A stretch of DNA of 64,000 bases from an uncultured bacterium (GTDB lineage: Bacteria; Fermentibacterota; Fermentibacteria; Fermentibacterales; JCC-6), in contig CAZSKU010000003.1 of NCBI GenBank assembly GCA_964607515.1, positions 7,154 to 71,153 of the forward strand. The letters run 5' to 3'. This document shows positions 28,234 through 37,989 of the stretch, piece by piece. Under the pieces are notes generated by a model. The model made no database searches, had not been told where the DNA came from, and saw nothing but the letters and a program-made list of their open reading frames with translations. The first letter of the stretch is position 1. Every line of letters begins with the position of its first letter. A program made the translations under genes and the position numbers.

Positions 28234-28721
28234 CGCCCCCCGCTGGTGCCTCCCGTGGTGCCGCCCCTGCCGCTGGTGCCTCCCGTGGTACTGCCGCGGC
28301 CGCTGGATGAGCTTCCCGAGGAGGAACCGGAGGATCTGTTCTCCAGGGTGGTTATCCGGGAGGAAAGAGATCCGATCTCCTCCTCCAGGTCGGTGATCAC
28401 CGCTCTGAGACTGTCTATCTCGGCCCGGTCCAGGTCCGCCTGAGCCTGGAATTCGGTCTTCACCGAGTCTATGCCCGCCTGAATGTCCTGGAGCAGGAGG
28501 CTCATGTCCGGCATTTCTATGTCGCCGGTATCCGGAAACCGGAGGCCGTCCAGTTGATCCTCGAGGCCTTCCAGCCTCTCCTCGATGTCCTCTCCGGCGG
28601 TCCGGAGCTGGCTCACCTGTCCCGAGACGCCTTCGATCTTCTCCTCCACCTCCTTGACCCCCGGCACCTGGCAAGCGGCCAGTAGAAGCACGAAAACCGC
28701 GACCGTAATAGAAATCTTCAT
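28230..28721 (-). CDS. Lipoprotein with coiled-coil core and Gly/Ser/Thr-rich low-complexity C-terminal tail
   Basis: 'MKISITVAVFVLLLAACQV' lipobox, heptad-rich middle, tail 'SSGSSSGSSSSGRGSTTGGTSGRGGTTGGTSGGR'. Confidence 0.6.
   Translation of the reverse strand: MKISITVAVFVLLLAACQVPGVKEVEEKIEGVSGQVSQLRTAGEDIEERLEGLEDQLDGLRFPDTGDIEMPDMSLLLQDIQAGIDSVKTEFQAQADLDRAEIDSLRAVITDLEEEIGSLSSRITTLENRSSGSSSGSSSSGRGSTTGGTSGRGGTTGGTSGGR
28241..28306. repeat. 2.2 copies of a 30-bp direct repeat (cgctggtgcctcccgtggt...)
   Basis: Read directly in the sequence: 28241-28270 and 28271-28300 share 19/30 leading identities, followed by a partial third unit. It encodes the GGTSGRGGTTGGTSG tail of the lipoprotein. 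Confidence 0.7.
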
Positions 28722-29281
28722 GGTTCCCTCTCCTCCGTTTCTCTGATGACCTGGGCGGTGTATACGAACAACTCGGTGGATCCGTCCCGGAAAGCCCCGG
28801 GATGAAGCCCCGCCTTGAGACATGCGTGGGCCAGGAATGTATCCCTGTCCCAGCCCTCCTCGACGGCTACCTGGGGCAGCAGGGTTCCCGCCCTGTGCCC
28901 CCTTCTGACGTAGACCCCGTGGACCCCGGGAACCACTTCCTCCGGGGAGGCCGGTTTCATGGGGGACAGAAGGGATATTTCCAGATCCAGCGAACCGGTT
29001 TCCTCCGGAGTCACCGGGTGGAACCTGGGGTCCCCCACCGCGGCTTCCCGGGCCATGGCCCGGATGGTGGCCCCCAGGGAACCGGTTCCGGTGAAGCTCC
29101 CGATGCAGCCCCGCAGGCGCCCGTCTTTCTTCAGGGTGACGAAGGCGCCTCCCTGAAGGGAGAAGACGGGGTCGCAGGGAATCTCCGGGGGCGCCCCTTC
29201 AGACGCAGCCCTGACCACCGCCGCCCGGGCCAGCCTGAGAAGGGCGACGGCTTCGTCATGGTCAACCATTCCTGACCTCAT
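28718..29281 (-). CDS. AMMECR1-domain protein (AmmeMemoRadiSam system protein A type)
   Basis: Hallmark 'GAFVTLKKDGRLRGCIGSF' and 'GVHGVYV...GTLLPQVA'. Confidence 0.85.
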   Translation of the reverse strand: MRSGMVDHDEAVALLRLARAAVVRAASEGAPPEIPCDPVFSLQGGAFVTLKKDGRLRGCIGSFTGTGSLGATIRAMAREAAVGDPRFHPVTPEETGSLDLEISLLSPMKPASPEEVVPGVHGVYVRRGHRAGTLLPQVAVEEGWDRDTFLAHACLKAGLHPGAFRDGSTELFVYTAQVIRETEEREP

Positions 29282-30065
29282 CCCTGAGTATCATTCCCGA
29301 GAAGTAGCCCACCACCTGGCTCTCGCCGGCGCCGGCGTCCGCGGAGGTCGAGTAGTGGACCTCGACCCCCCGGTCGGCCCCCGCCAGAGCCGCGTAGTAG
29401 AGAAGAACAGCGATTCCGGCGGAACCGCACGCCTCGCCGCCCCGGGCCAGGGCTGAGGCCAGCCTTTCCGGCGAGAGGGAGATGAACGCGTCCCTGACCG
29501 TCGAATCGAGTCTGACCGCCTCCCCCAGGGGATGGTAGTGGGAAAGGTCGCTGCTGGCTACGAAAAAGGCGCCCCCGGTCTCCCGGTAAAGAACCGAGGC
29601 CAGTTCCCGCTGGAAAACGGGATCGTCCGAAACGGTTACCACGGGCAGAATCCTGGTTCCCGGCCAGCGGTGCTTGACGAAGGGGAGCTGCACCTCCAGG
29701 CTGTGTTCCTGGAATACACCGGAACCGATGCCCATCCGGCGAACCCTTCCGGCGGCTTCCACCTCGACCTCCACCGGCCCGAGGGGGGTCTCGAAGGCGT
29801 CCACGTCGGGAATCACCGCACCCCGAACGTAGAACCGATGGCTCGGGGCGCAGATGATAACCAGGCCCGGATCGTCCGGCGCCGCGGCGTAAGCCTTGCC
29901 CGCGGTGCCGCCGGAGTACTGGAGGCCGGCGTGGGGAACCACCATCCCCACGGCTCCCGGCAGGGGGTGGAAGTCGCCGGTGAGCCTGGCGACGGTTTCC
30001 TGGAGAACAACGGGGTTTCCGGGGTAGAAGCTCCCGGCGAACCCCGGTTCAAGGGTTCTCGCCAA
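29262..30065 (-). CDS. Memo-like protein (AmmeMemoRadiSam system protein B type), TTG start inferred
   Basis: 'AGSFYP', 'VVPHAGLQYSG', 'HSLEVQLPF', 'SSDLSHY'. GGAGGA lies 5 nt before the TTG at 30065. Overlaps AMMECR1 by 20 nt. Confidence 0.8.
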   Translation of the reverse strand: MARTLEPGFAGSFYPGNPVVLQETVARLTGDFHPLPGAVGMVVPHAGLQYSGGTAGKAYAAAPDDPGLVIICAPSHRFYVRGAVIPDVDAFETPLGPVEVEVEAAGRVRRMGIGSGVFQEHSLEVQLPFVKHRWPGTRILPVVTVSDDPVFQRELASVLYRETGGAFFVASSDLSHYHPLGEAVRLDSTVRDAFISLSPERLASALARGGEACGSAGIAVLLYYAALAGADRGVEVHYSTSADAGAGESQVVGYFSGMILRDEVRNG

Positions 30066-30753
30066 GCAGGTCCTCCATCCCGTAGAGCCCCGGCTTTTTC
30101 CCGAGGACGAAAATCGCCGCCCTGAGGGCGCCCAGGGCGAAAACCCTTCTTCCGGTGGCGGCATGGGTCAGACAGAGCCTCTCCCCGTCCCCCAGAAGGT
30201 GTACCTGGTGTTCTCCCGCAACGTCGCCTCCCCTGAGGGAGTGGACTCCGATCTCACCCGGAGGTCGTCCGGCGCCTCGACCGGAGCGGCCGTACACCCT
30301 CTCCCCGGGGATTCCTTCCATAAGGGCCGCCGCGGTGCCGCTGGGGCTGTCGGCTTTGCCCCGATGGTGGATCTCCACGATCTCCATGTCGAAGCCGCCG
30401 CCCAGCATAGACAGGGCTTCCCTCACCAGCCGGTTCAGCACGAATACCCCGGCGCTCATGTTGGCGCTGTAGAAAACCGCCCGGTCCCGGGACCAGCGGG
30501 ACAACATTGAACGATGTTCCCGGGAAAGACCCGTGGTTCCCGTCACCAGCGCGGCGGGGGTGCCCTCGAGAATCCCCTCCAGGTTGCCCCAGGCGTCGGG
30601 TGTGCTGAAATCCACGAGGACTTCCGTTCCCGGGGGAACGTCCAGGGGGGTGTCCCGGTCTATCCGGGCGCTCACGATAATGGACTGCTCCAAGGCTTCC
30701 TGGATCACCAGCCTTCCCATGCGCCCCGAAGCCCCGAAGACGCCTATGGTCAT
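30049..30753 (-). CDS. dapB: 4-hydroxy-tetrahydrodipicolinate reductase
   Basis: '[16 protein letters not shown]' Rossmann N-terminus and the DapB C-terminal domain. Start set at the internal ATG. Confidence 0.9.
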   Translation of the reverse strand: MTIGVFGASGRMGRLVIQEALEQSIIVSARIDRDTPLDVPPGTEVLVDFSTPDAWGNLEGILEGTPAALVTGTTGLSREHRSMLSRWSRDRAVFYSANMSAGVFVLNRLVREALSMLGGGFDMEIVEIHHRGKADSPSGTAAALMEGIPGERVYGRSGRGAGRPPGEIGVHSLRGGDVAGEHQVHLLGDGERLCLTHAATGRRVFALGALRAAIFVLGKKPGLYGMEDLLGENP

Positions 30754-31625
30754 CGGAGGATTCCGGCTCCGGCCAGGGCGCATCGGACGGCCTCCCGGCA
30801 TGACTCCCCCGGGGCCACCAGGGGAAGCCGGGGCGACGGGTCCGGGAAGATTCCCAGCAGGCCCAGAGCGACCTTGACCGGCCCGGGGTTGGTTTCCAGG
30901 AACAGGGCTCTGAACAGGGGGAACAGCCTCTCGTGGATCCTCCTGGCGGCCTCCACGTTTCCCGCGAGCCCCTGGCGGATCATCTCGCCCATGGCTGCGG
31001 GAGCGACGTTGGAGGTCACTGAGACCACCCCCCGGGAACCCAGGAAAGCCTGGGCCAGGGCAAGATGGTCGTCACCGGAGAAGTAGGCGATGTCGCAGGC
31101 CTTCCGGATCTCGGTAACCCTTTCCACAGTGCCGGCGGCGTCCTTGATGGCCGCTATGTTCGGGTGCCCGCCCAGAGCCGCCACGGTGTCCACGTTCATT
31201 CCCACGCCGGTACGGCCCGGAACGTTGTACATCATCACGGGCTTTTCCGAGGCGTCGGCCACCGCGGAAAAGTGGGCGATCTGGCCGGCCGGGGTGGGCT
31301 TGTTGTAGTAGGGGGTTATCACCAGCACCCCGTCTATTCCCGTTCTGACAGCTTCCCGGGTGAAACGCAGGGTGGTCTCCGTGCAGTTGGTGCCGGTGCC
31401 CCCCAGGACGGGTACCGCCCCGGAAGCCCTTTCCACAACGGTCTCCATGACCCGGAGCCTCTCGGCTTCGCTCATGGTGGCCGGCTCTCCGGTGCAGCCG
31501 CACGCCAGAAGCCCTTCAACTCCCTGATCTATCTGGAAGTCCACCAGTCGGCCCAGGGCCCGGTAGTCCGGCGCCCCCTGGGCGAAGGGGGTAGCCAGGG
31601 CGGTGAAGGTTCCCCTGAGGGTCAT
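30750..31625 (-). CDS. dapA: 4-hydroxy-tetrahydrodipicolinate synthase
   Basis: '[10 protein letters not shown]...[10 protein letters not shown]' and full-length DapA architecture. Confidence 0.9.
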   Translation of the reverse strand: MTLRGTFTALATPFAQGAPDYRALGRLVDFQIDQGVEGLLACGCTGEPATMSEAERLRVMETVVERASGAVPVLGGTGTNCTETTLRFTREAVRTGIDGVLVITPYYNKPTPAGQIAHFSAVADASEKPVMMYNVPGRTGVGMNVDTVAALGGHPNIAAIKDAAGTVERVTEIRKACDIAYFSGDDHLALAQAFLGSRGVVSVTSNVAPAAMGEMIRQGLAGNVEAARRIHERLFPLFRALFLETNPGPVKVALGLLGIFPDPSPRLPLVAPGESCREAVRCALAGAGILR

Positions 31626-32380
31626 TTCTGTTCCCGTTTGTCTATCATGTCCAGGAAGGGCTTCATAAGCTCGATGGGAATGGGGAAGGCGATGGTGGAG
31701 TTGTTCTCCGTGGCGATCTCGCCCAGGGTCTGAAGGTACCTCAGCTGAAGGGCCACCGGATGCTGCTCGATCACCTGGGCTGCCTCGCTGAGCTTCTTGG
31801 AGGCCTGGAATTCGGCGTCGGCCCTGATTACCTTGGACCTGCGGTCACGCTCGGCCTCGGCCTCCTTGGCCATGACCCTCTGCATCTCCACGGGCAGGTC
31901 CACGTGCTTGACCTCCACGGCGGTGACTTTGATGCCCCAGGGGTCGGTCATCCGGTCGAGGATGTCCTGGAGCTTGCCGTTAATCTCGTCCCGCTCCGCC
32001 AGGAGCTGGTCCAGGGTGGTCTCGCCCAGAACGCTCCGAAGGGTGGTCTGGGCCAGCTGGTTGGTGGCGTACATGTAGTTGGTGACCTCCAGCACGGCCT
32101 TCTTGGGGTCCATGACCCGGTAGTAGGCCACCGCGTTGACCTTCACGCTGACGTTGTCCCGGGTGATGATGTCCTGGGGAGGCACGTCCATGGTGATGAT
32201 TCGAAGGTCCACCTTCTTGAGGACGTCTATGATCGGGAACACCAGCACCAACCCCGGCCCCTTGAGGCCGATAACCTTGCCGAGCCGGAAAACCACTCCC
32301 CTCTGGTACTCCTTCAGGACCCGTAGGGAGATGAGCAGGAAGAACCCGATGATGCCCAGCGGAATGCAGACAGGACCCAT
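31622..32380 (-). CDS. SPFH/band-7 (stomatin-like) protein
   Basis: N-terminal TM, SPFH domain with '[17 protein letters not shown]'. Paired with the downstream NfeD. Confidence 0.85.
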   Translation of the reverse strand: MGPVCIPLGIIGFFLLISLRVLKEYQRGVVFRLGKVIGLKGPGLVLVFPIIDVLKKVDLRIITMDVPPQDIITRDNVSVKVNAVAYYRVMDPKKAVLEVTNYMYATNQLAQTTLRSVLGETTLDQLLAERDEINGKLQDILDRMTDPWGIKVTAVEVKHVDLPVEMQRVMAKEAEAERDRRSKVIRADAEFQASKKLSEAAQVIEQHPVALQLRYLQTLGEIATENNSTIAFPIPIELMKPFLDMIDKREQK

Positions 32381-32396
32381 GGAAAGCTCCTTTCGG

Positions 32397-32699
32397 TTAA
32401 CAGGGTTCGACTATGAGAACCGGGTCGTCCGGATCGTAGGCCACAACCTTCGCTTCGGCGCCGGAAGCCAGCGGGGAGCCGGACCTGCACCACCAGAGTT
32501 CCCCCCTGATCTCCATCACCTGCCTCCCCCTGAAGCCCCGGGCTTTTCTGATGATCCCGCATTCCCCGACCATGCCGTCGTAGCCGGTCATTCTGGGGCC
32601 TTTCTGGGCCTTGAGACCCAGAAACAGAAGGAACACCAGTATAAGAAGGACGCATGCGGCGGTGATGATCAAGGCGATCTGGCTCATTCCACCCTCCAA
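32397..32699 (-). CDS. NfeD-family membrane protein (short form)
   Basis: N-terminal TM plus C-terminal OB-like beta domain. The canonical NfeD-stomatin pairing. Confidence 0.7.
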   Translation of the reverse strand: MEGGMSQIALIITAACVLLILVFLLFLGLKAQKGPRMTGYDGMVGECGIIRKARGFRGRQVMEIRGELWWCRSGSPLASGAEAKVVAYDPDDPVLIVEPC

Positions 32700-33793
32700 T
32701 CCTCAGCGGATTCCACACCCTTTATCCTCAGCATGAGCCCCGTAGGGTTCGTGGCCGCGGACAGGGCGGTCTCCTGGTCTATGGCGCCATCGGAGAGCAG
32801 CCTGTAGAGTGCCATGTCAAAGGTCTGCATGCCGTACTGCCTGCCGCTCTGCTCCATGGTTTCGGGGATGAGGTAGGTCTTCTCCGGGTCGGTTATGCAG
32901 TTCATGATGGTGGATGTGTGCATCATTATCTCGCACGCCAGCACCCTCTCGCCGCTGTCGTCGCACCGGGGAAGAAGCCTCTGGCTTATCACCGCCCGGA
33001 GCAGACCGCCCAGTTGAATCCTGACCTGCTTCTGCTGGTGGGCCGGGAACATGTCAATGATCCGGTTCACGGTTTCCGGAGCGTCGGTGGTATGCAGGGT
33101 GCTCATGACGAGGTGGCCGGTTTCCGCCCCGGTCAGGGCTATCAGGGCGGTTTCCGCGTCTCGCATCTCCCCGATGAGGATGACGTCCGGGTCCTGCCGG
33201 AAAACGGACCGGAGGGCGTTGGCCCAGCCCGGAGTGTCTATGCCGACCTCCCTCTGGCATACGCTGGACTTCCTGTCGGCGTGGAGGAACTCGATGGGGT
33301 CCTCTATCGTCACGATGTGGGCTTTCCTGTGTTCGTTGACGTGTCTTATCATGGCCGCCAGAGTGGTGGACTTGCCGCTCCCGGTGGCCCCGGTGACCAG
33401 CACCAGCCCCCTTCTTGTCATGGCGATGTCCTTCACCGCCTGGGGAAGGCCCAGCTTCTCGATGTCGGGAACGGTGAAGGGGATCTTCCTCATGACCACC
33501 GCCGGGGTTCCCCGCTGGTGGAAGATGTTCACCCTGAACCTCGCCTTGCCCCCGAGGCTGTACGCAAGGTCCACCTCGTTCCCATCACCGAGGCTCGCGA
33601 GTTGTTTCTCGCTGGCCATCTCGCCGATGATCCGCTGCAGGTGCTCGGTGCCGAACTCGGGAAAACCCTTGGCGTGGATGATGTGGCCGGAACGGCGGAC
33701 GATGGGCGGAGAACCCGCCTTGAAGTGAATATCGCTTACCTGGTCGTCAACCAGTGCGTCAAGGATCTGGTCAATAGCCTTGTCCCGAGCCAT
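32684..33793 (-). CDS. pilT: Type IV pilus retraction ATPase PilT
   Basis: Walker A 'GATGSGKSTT', 'GHLVMSTLHT', Asp box and His box characteristic of PilT. Confidence 0.9.
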   Translation of the reverse strand: MARDKAIDQILDALVDDQVSDIHFKAGSPPIVRRSGHIIHAKGFPEFGTEHLQRIIGEMASEKQLASLGDGNEVDLAYSLGGKARFRVNIFHQRGTPAVVMRKIPFTVPDIEKLGLPQAVKDIAMTRRGLVLVTGATGSGKSTTLAAMIRHVNEHRKAHIVTIEDPIEFLHADRKSSVCQREVGIDTPGWANALRSVFRQDPDVILIGEMRDAETALIALTGAETGHLVMSTLHTTDAPETVNRIIDMFPAHQQKQVRIQLGGLLRAVISQRLLPRCDDSGERVLACEIMMHTSTIMNCITDPEKTYLIPETMEQSGRQYGMQTFDMALYRLLSDGAIDQETALSAATNPTGLMLRIKGVESAEDWRVE

Positions 33794-34358
33794 ACAACCC
33801 CTTTTCCCGTATATATGCTCTTACTTCATCGGTTACAAGGTATCTGATGCTGCTTCCCCGGGATACCCTTTCCCTTATCTGGGTTGAGGACAGACATACT
33901 CCCGGGAACTCGAACAGCCTCACCCCGGACAGCCAGTCCCCGGAAACGCCCTCGGTCGAGAAACCCGGCCTGGTGCCCACCACAACGTCGGCCTCCCGGA
34001 GGATCCTGTCAGGTTCCCTCCACAGGTGCATCTCCGCCAGGCTGTCCATTCCCAGGATCAGACAGGGTCTGCCCCGGGAATGAGCCGAAAGGCGTTCTAT
34101 CAGATTGACAGTGTAGGAAGGACCGGTCACGGGTTCCATGTCCAGCACGGAAAACCGGTCGTCGCCGGAGATGGACATCTCAAGCATCCGCAGCCTGTGG
34201 GCGAAAGGGGTAACCCGGGGAAGCCGCTTATGGGGCGGATGCCTGGCGGGGATAAAATGGACTCGGTCCAGGCGGAACCTCTCCATGGCTTCCTGGGCCA
34301 GGACCAGATGCCCCAGGTGGGGCGGATCGAAGGTGCCTCCCAGAAAACCGGGAGTCAT
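33771..34358 (-). CDS. nadD: Nicotinate-nucleotide adenylyltransferase
   Basis: 'GGTFDPPHLGHL' is the (H/T)xGH nucleotidyltransferase motif. Confidence 0.85.
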   Translation of the reverse strand: MTPGFLGGTFDPPHLGHLVLAQEAMERFRLDRVHFIPARHPPHKRLPRVTPFAHRLRMLEMSISGDDRFSVLDMEPVTGPSYTVNLIERLSAHSRGRPCLILGMDSLAEMHLWREPDRILREADVVVGTRPGFSTEGVSGDWLSGVRLFEFPGVCLSSTQIRERVSRGSSIRYLVTDEVRAYIREKGLYGSGQGY

Positions 34359-35095
34359 CTCTCCTCCGAGAGGATCTCCTCCACCCTGAGCAGTTCTTCC
34401 GGCGAGAGAGCGCCTTCGTCCACGGCCCTCCGGTAATAACTCCTGGCGGAATAGTCGTTCCCCTGGGCCTGGTAGGCGTCGCCGATGGTGAGCATTATCC
34501 TGCCGCGGCTGGAGGCCTCGGGATAGCTGTCAAGCGCTTCCCTGAGGTAGAGGATGGCGGCGTCGGGCCTGTCTCTTCGAAGGTAGAAGCGGCCGGTGTC
34601 CAACGCCCTGAGGGCCAGATGATCGTCGATTCTGGAAAGAAGGCTTTCCGCCTGCTCCCTCAGCTCGGAGCCGGGATACCTGTCGAGGAACAGCTCGACC
34701 TCCTCCCGGGCACGGATCACCGGAGCCGGGTCCCGGCGATGGTCGCGCCGCTGCATCCAGAGAGTCTGAGCAAGGGCAAGCTGCGCGTCGTCCGCCCAGG
34801 CTCCCCTGGGAAACTCGTTCACCACCCGGTAGAGCCCGAACTCGGCGTCGGCCCAAAGCCTCATCTCCCGGTTGCACAGGGCTCCCCGGAGAAGGAAGAA
34901 GTCGTAGAGCTCGTCACCGGGGAATCTGAACTGGAGCTCGGTGTAGAGCAGGGAGGCCCGGGACCACTGTCCCTGGTCGAACCTTTCGGCGGCGGCCTGA
35001 ACCAGAGCCTCCCGGGACATTCCCTCGGAGGCCGCGGATGTTCCGCAGGCGCACATCCACAGAAGCGCCGCGACTGTTATCAGCTTCCGGTACAT
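34355..35095 (-). CDS. TPR-repeat outer-membrane lipoprotein (BamD-like)
   Basis: Lipobox 'LLWMCACGTSA' and TPR-like repeats. Confidence 0.55.
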   Translation of the reverse strand: MYRKLITVAALLWMCACGTSAASEGMSREALVQAAAERFDQGQWSRASLLYTELQFRFPGDELYDFFLLRGALCNREMRLWADAEFGLYRVVNEFPRGAWADDAQLALAQTLWMQRRDHRRDPAPVIRAREEVELFLDRYPGSELREQAESLLSRIDDHLALRALDTGRFYLRRDRPDAAILYLREALDSYPEASSRGRIMLTIGDAYQAQGNDYSARSYYRRAVDEGALSPEELLRVEEILSEER

Positions 35096-35102
35096 TCCTC
35101 TC

Positions 35103-36107
35103 CTAAGGCGTTACGAAAAACCTGAGGGAATCCCTGCGGGCTGCGGCGGTCATGGCGGCCTGGGTTCCCAGCCCCGGGGAGACCTGGCAGGCCCTCGTAT
35201 ACCAGAGCAGCGCGGTCTGCGGGTCGCCGGAGCCTTGAGCGATCTCCCCGAGGATCACCGCGGCCTCCACTCTCACACCTGTGAAACTGGAGTTCCAGAC
35301 CTCCATCAGCAACTCCCTGGCCAGGGGACCCTGCCCCTGTTCCAGTTCCTGCCGGGCTGAACGGATCAGGAGTTCCATCCGCCGATACCTCCAGCCCGGG
35401 TCAATCTCGTCCATCCGGTCCAGCTCGGTGAGAACCGACATCTCGTCTCTCCATCGGGCGGGCACGTACTGCATCAGCCTGGCAGCGGCCCTTAGCCTGG
35501 GAGTCCGCAGATCGGTTCTCACCAGGGGAATCCTGTCCAGTTCCACCAGATGCCGTTCCGCGTGGACCGCCAGCAGGCTGTCCCCGCGGGGGGTTCCGGA
35601 AAGGCTGTCGGGAACCCCGGCCACCGCCGGAAGGTGTCCCGCCGCGAAGGCCCCCCGGACGAGCCACTCCTCCTCGAAAACCTCCGCCAGTTCAGGGGAG
35701 CACTCCACGGCCTGTCCGAAGGCCGTGTACGCCTGAAGAGAGTCGGCGTCCCTGGCCATCTCCCACCCGAGTCTGCGCCAGAGTTCACCGATCCTTCGGG
35801 GCTCTGCTTCCCCGGGGGATCCGGTGAGTACCTGCAGCGCCTCCAGAGCCTTCTGCCTGGCGGTCCTGTTCCTCTCCACCTGGGATGCCAGAACCGCGGC
35901 CTCCGCCAGTTCCAGCTGAAGGGCGGGATCGTATTCCTCCTGCAGGAGGGCGGCTTCCTGATAGAAGAGCAACGCCTGGGAATACTGTCCCGAGGCCATG
36001 AACGCCCTGGCCTGTTCCAGAAGCCCCGCCTGCTCCCGGGAGGCCCCCGTGTCGCAACCCGGCAGGGTGAGAATCAGGCAGAGAAGAAAAGGCAGGGCGT
36101 TGCGCAT
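35103..36107 (-). CDS. TPR-repeat lipoprotein
   Basis: Lipobox 'LTLPGCDTG' and multiple TPR-like helices. Confidence 0.55.
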   Translation of the reverse strand: MRNALPFLLCLILTLPGCDTGASREQAGLLEQARAFMASGQYSQALLFYQEAALLQEEYDPALQLELAEAAVLASQVERNRTARQKALEALQVLTGSPGEAEPRRIGELWRRLGWEMARDADSLQAYTAFGQAVECSPELAEVFEEEWLVRGAFAAGHLPAVAGVPDSLSGTPRGDSLLAVHAERHLVELDRIPLVRTDLRTPRLRAAARLMQYVPARWRDEMSVLTELDRMDEIDPGWRYRRMELLIRSARQELEQGQGPLARELLMEVWNSSFTGVRVEAAVILGEIAQGSGDPQTALLWYTRACQVSPGLGTQAAMTAAARRDSLRFFVTP

Positions 36108-36691
36108 CAGTCCGCCCTGCTGGAATAGAAGAGGTAGATCAGGGCCGCCACCACCCCGGTGACCACAACCGGTTCCAGGACCTTGTTCCCGGTGGCCTCG
36201 GGTATCTCGTCGTTAACCCAGCGCTCCGTCCGGTGTTCAAAATCCTGGGCGTCGTCCGGGGAAACCGTGTCCTGCACCAGCCCCTCGGTTCTCCAGGTGT
36301 CCACCACCGTGCCGCTCTCGTCGGTGAGGGTGAAGGAGAGGCGGCAGACCGCGGACCTTCCCATCCGTCTGCCTCCCAGCAGCCATGATCTTTCCACGGC
36401 CCCGTAGAGGACCCCCAGCTCCATGGGCCGCACCATCAGCTGGCAACCCAGGCGTTCGGTTCTCTCGGCTTCCACCCTGACACCCCGTCCCGCCAGAAGG
36501 TCGGTGACGGACTGGCGGATGAGCCATCCGCCCTCGTGCTCTCCCTCCACGAGGATGAAAAGGCTTTCCACGCCCTCGAGGGCCACGGCGTCGGCCACCG
36601 GAACCACCGCCTGGTAGACGGCTTCCTCGAGCATCTCGAGGTTTCCCTGAACACCGGTCAGGATCGAGAGCACCAGCGCGAATGGTATCAT
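36107..36691 (-). CDS. Hypothetical secreted/membrane protein (N-terminal signal, C-terminal TM)
   Basis: The ORF has a hydrophobic N-terminus and a C-terminal 'VVVTGVVAALIYLFY'. No recognisable motif. Confidence 0.4.
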   Translation of the reverse strand: MIPFALVLSILTGVQGNLEMLEEAVYQAVVPVADAVALEGVESLFILVEGEHEGGWLIRQSVTDLLAGRGVRVEAERTERLGCQLMVRPMELGVLYGAVERSWLLGGRRMGRSAVCRLSFTLTDESGTVVDTWRTEGLVQDTVSPDDAQDFEHRTERWVNDEIPEATGNKVLEPVVVTGVVAALIYLFYSSRAD

Positions 36692-36744
36692 TTGGTCACC
36701 CTTCCTTCAAAGTGGAATTCCGCTGTTTCCCGGCAAATATAGGT

Positions 36745-37989
36745 TCATGGAAGGGGTTCGACTACCATGAACCCGTCTCCCCCCTCCACCAGACTGCAAT
36801 TGTAGACCCTTCCCGGTTCCACCGGCCGGGTGAACTCCGCCGGGGGGTCAGATTCCGGGGAATCGTAACAGGAATGCCCCTCCCACGGTGAATCCGCCAG
36901 CACCGGAACGGCGGCTCCGGAAAGCCTCTCCGCCCATGACTGGTACAGGCACTCCCCCAGGGACGACAGCGCCGCGAGCCGTCGGGAAGCCTCGGGGCCC
37001 GCTACGGCGTCCCCCTCTGCGGCCGCTCGAAGGTACTCCCTGGTGCCCTCCTCGGGCCACCAGGGGAAAGCGGCGATGTGCCGAAGCGACCGCCAGCGGC
37101 CGAGAAACGACTCCAGGGCGGCGAAGTCCCCGGTGGTCTCCCCCGGGTAGCCGGTTATCACGGTGAATCTGACCGCCACCTCCCGGGAAAGCCCCTCCAG
37201 GTCCTCCATTATGCGGGTGATCCGGTCGGGGCCGTAACCCCTTCCCATCCTTTCCAGCACCCGCCCGGAGACGTGCTGAATGGGAAGGTCCACGTAGGGG
37301 GCAAGGTTGGGGCGGTTCTCCAGAAGTTTCAACAGCCCCTTCGGGAAGTGGGCGGGATGAAGATAGTAGAGCCTGAACCAGACCTCCGGGTGGGCAAGAA
37401 TCACCCTGTCAAGCATTCCCGTCAGGTCCGGGTGCGCCCCGGAATCCTGGGCCACCAGCCCGATCTCCCGGGCGCCCTGCCGGACCACGTGGTCCACTGA
37501 CTTCTCAACCTCCCGGGAGTCCGTCGGGCGGAACGGTCCCCGGATCATGGGGATGGTGCAGTAGCTGCAGTTGTTGCCGCACCCGTCGGCGATCTTCACG
37601 AACCGCGACACCCCCCGTCCCTCCTGAAGGGGCGCAGCCGGGGATGCTCCCAGCCACAGTGCCAGCCGGTGGACTTCCCCCGGTTTCATCACCAGGTCTA
37701 TGTCCTCCAGACCACCGCTGCCGTCGTCGGAGAACCGGCCCGGCAGACAGCCCGCCAGGACCACCTTTCTCCCCTTCCCCGAAGCCTTCCATGCCAGCAC
37801 GTCCCCGAGCCTCTCCAGGCTCTCCTCCACCGCGGGGGCGATGAAGGCGCAGGTGTTCAGGATTATCAGGTCCGCCCGGTCGGGATCGTTCCGGAACCGG
37901 AGTCCCGCGCTCCTGCACACCGCCCCGAGCACCTCGGAATCCACCAGATTCTTGGGACAGCCCAGGGTAATCACGTGGAAGCTGTTCAA
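36745..37989 (-). CDS. rimO: Ribosomal protein S12 methylthiotransferase RimO (radical SAM, MTTase family)
   Basis: 'ITLGCPKNLVDSE' MTTase N-terminus, radical SAM 'CGNNCSYCTIP', C-terminal TRAM-like region. Confidence 0.85.
   Translation of the reverse strand: MNSFHVITLGCPKNLVDSEVLGAVCRSAGLRFRNDPDRADLIILNTCAFIAPAVEESLERLGDVLAWKASGKGRKVVLAGCLPGRFSDDGSGGLEDIDLVMKPGEVHRLALWLGASPAAPLQEGRGVSRFVKIADGCGNNCSYCTIPMIRGPFRPTDSREVEKSVDHVVRQGAREIGLVAQDSGAHPDLTGMLDRVILAHPEVWFRLYYLHPAHFPKGLLKLLENRPNLAPYVDLPIQHVSGRVLERMGRGYGPDRITRIMEDLEGLSREVAVRFTVITGYPGETTGDFAALESFLGRWRSLRHIAAFPWWPEEGTREYLRAAAEGDAVAGPEASRRLAALSSLGECLYQSWAERLSGAAVPVLADSPWEGHSCYDSPESDPPAEFTRPVEPGRVYNCSLVEGGDGFMVVEPLP

Noticed and set aside
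32684-33793. pilT as part of the pilin-like locus
   Set aside because: pilT lies ~16 kb away in a housekeeping operon (nadD-pilT-nfeD-SPFH-dapAB). It is probably the retraction ATPase of the organism's general T4P machinery, not specifically linked to the 49.5-64 kb operon.
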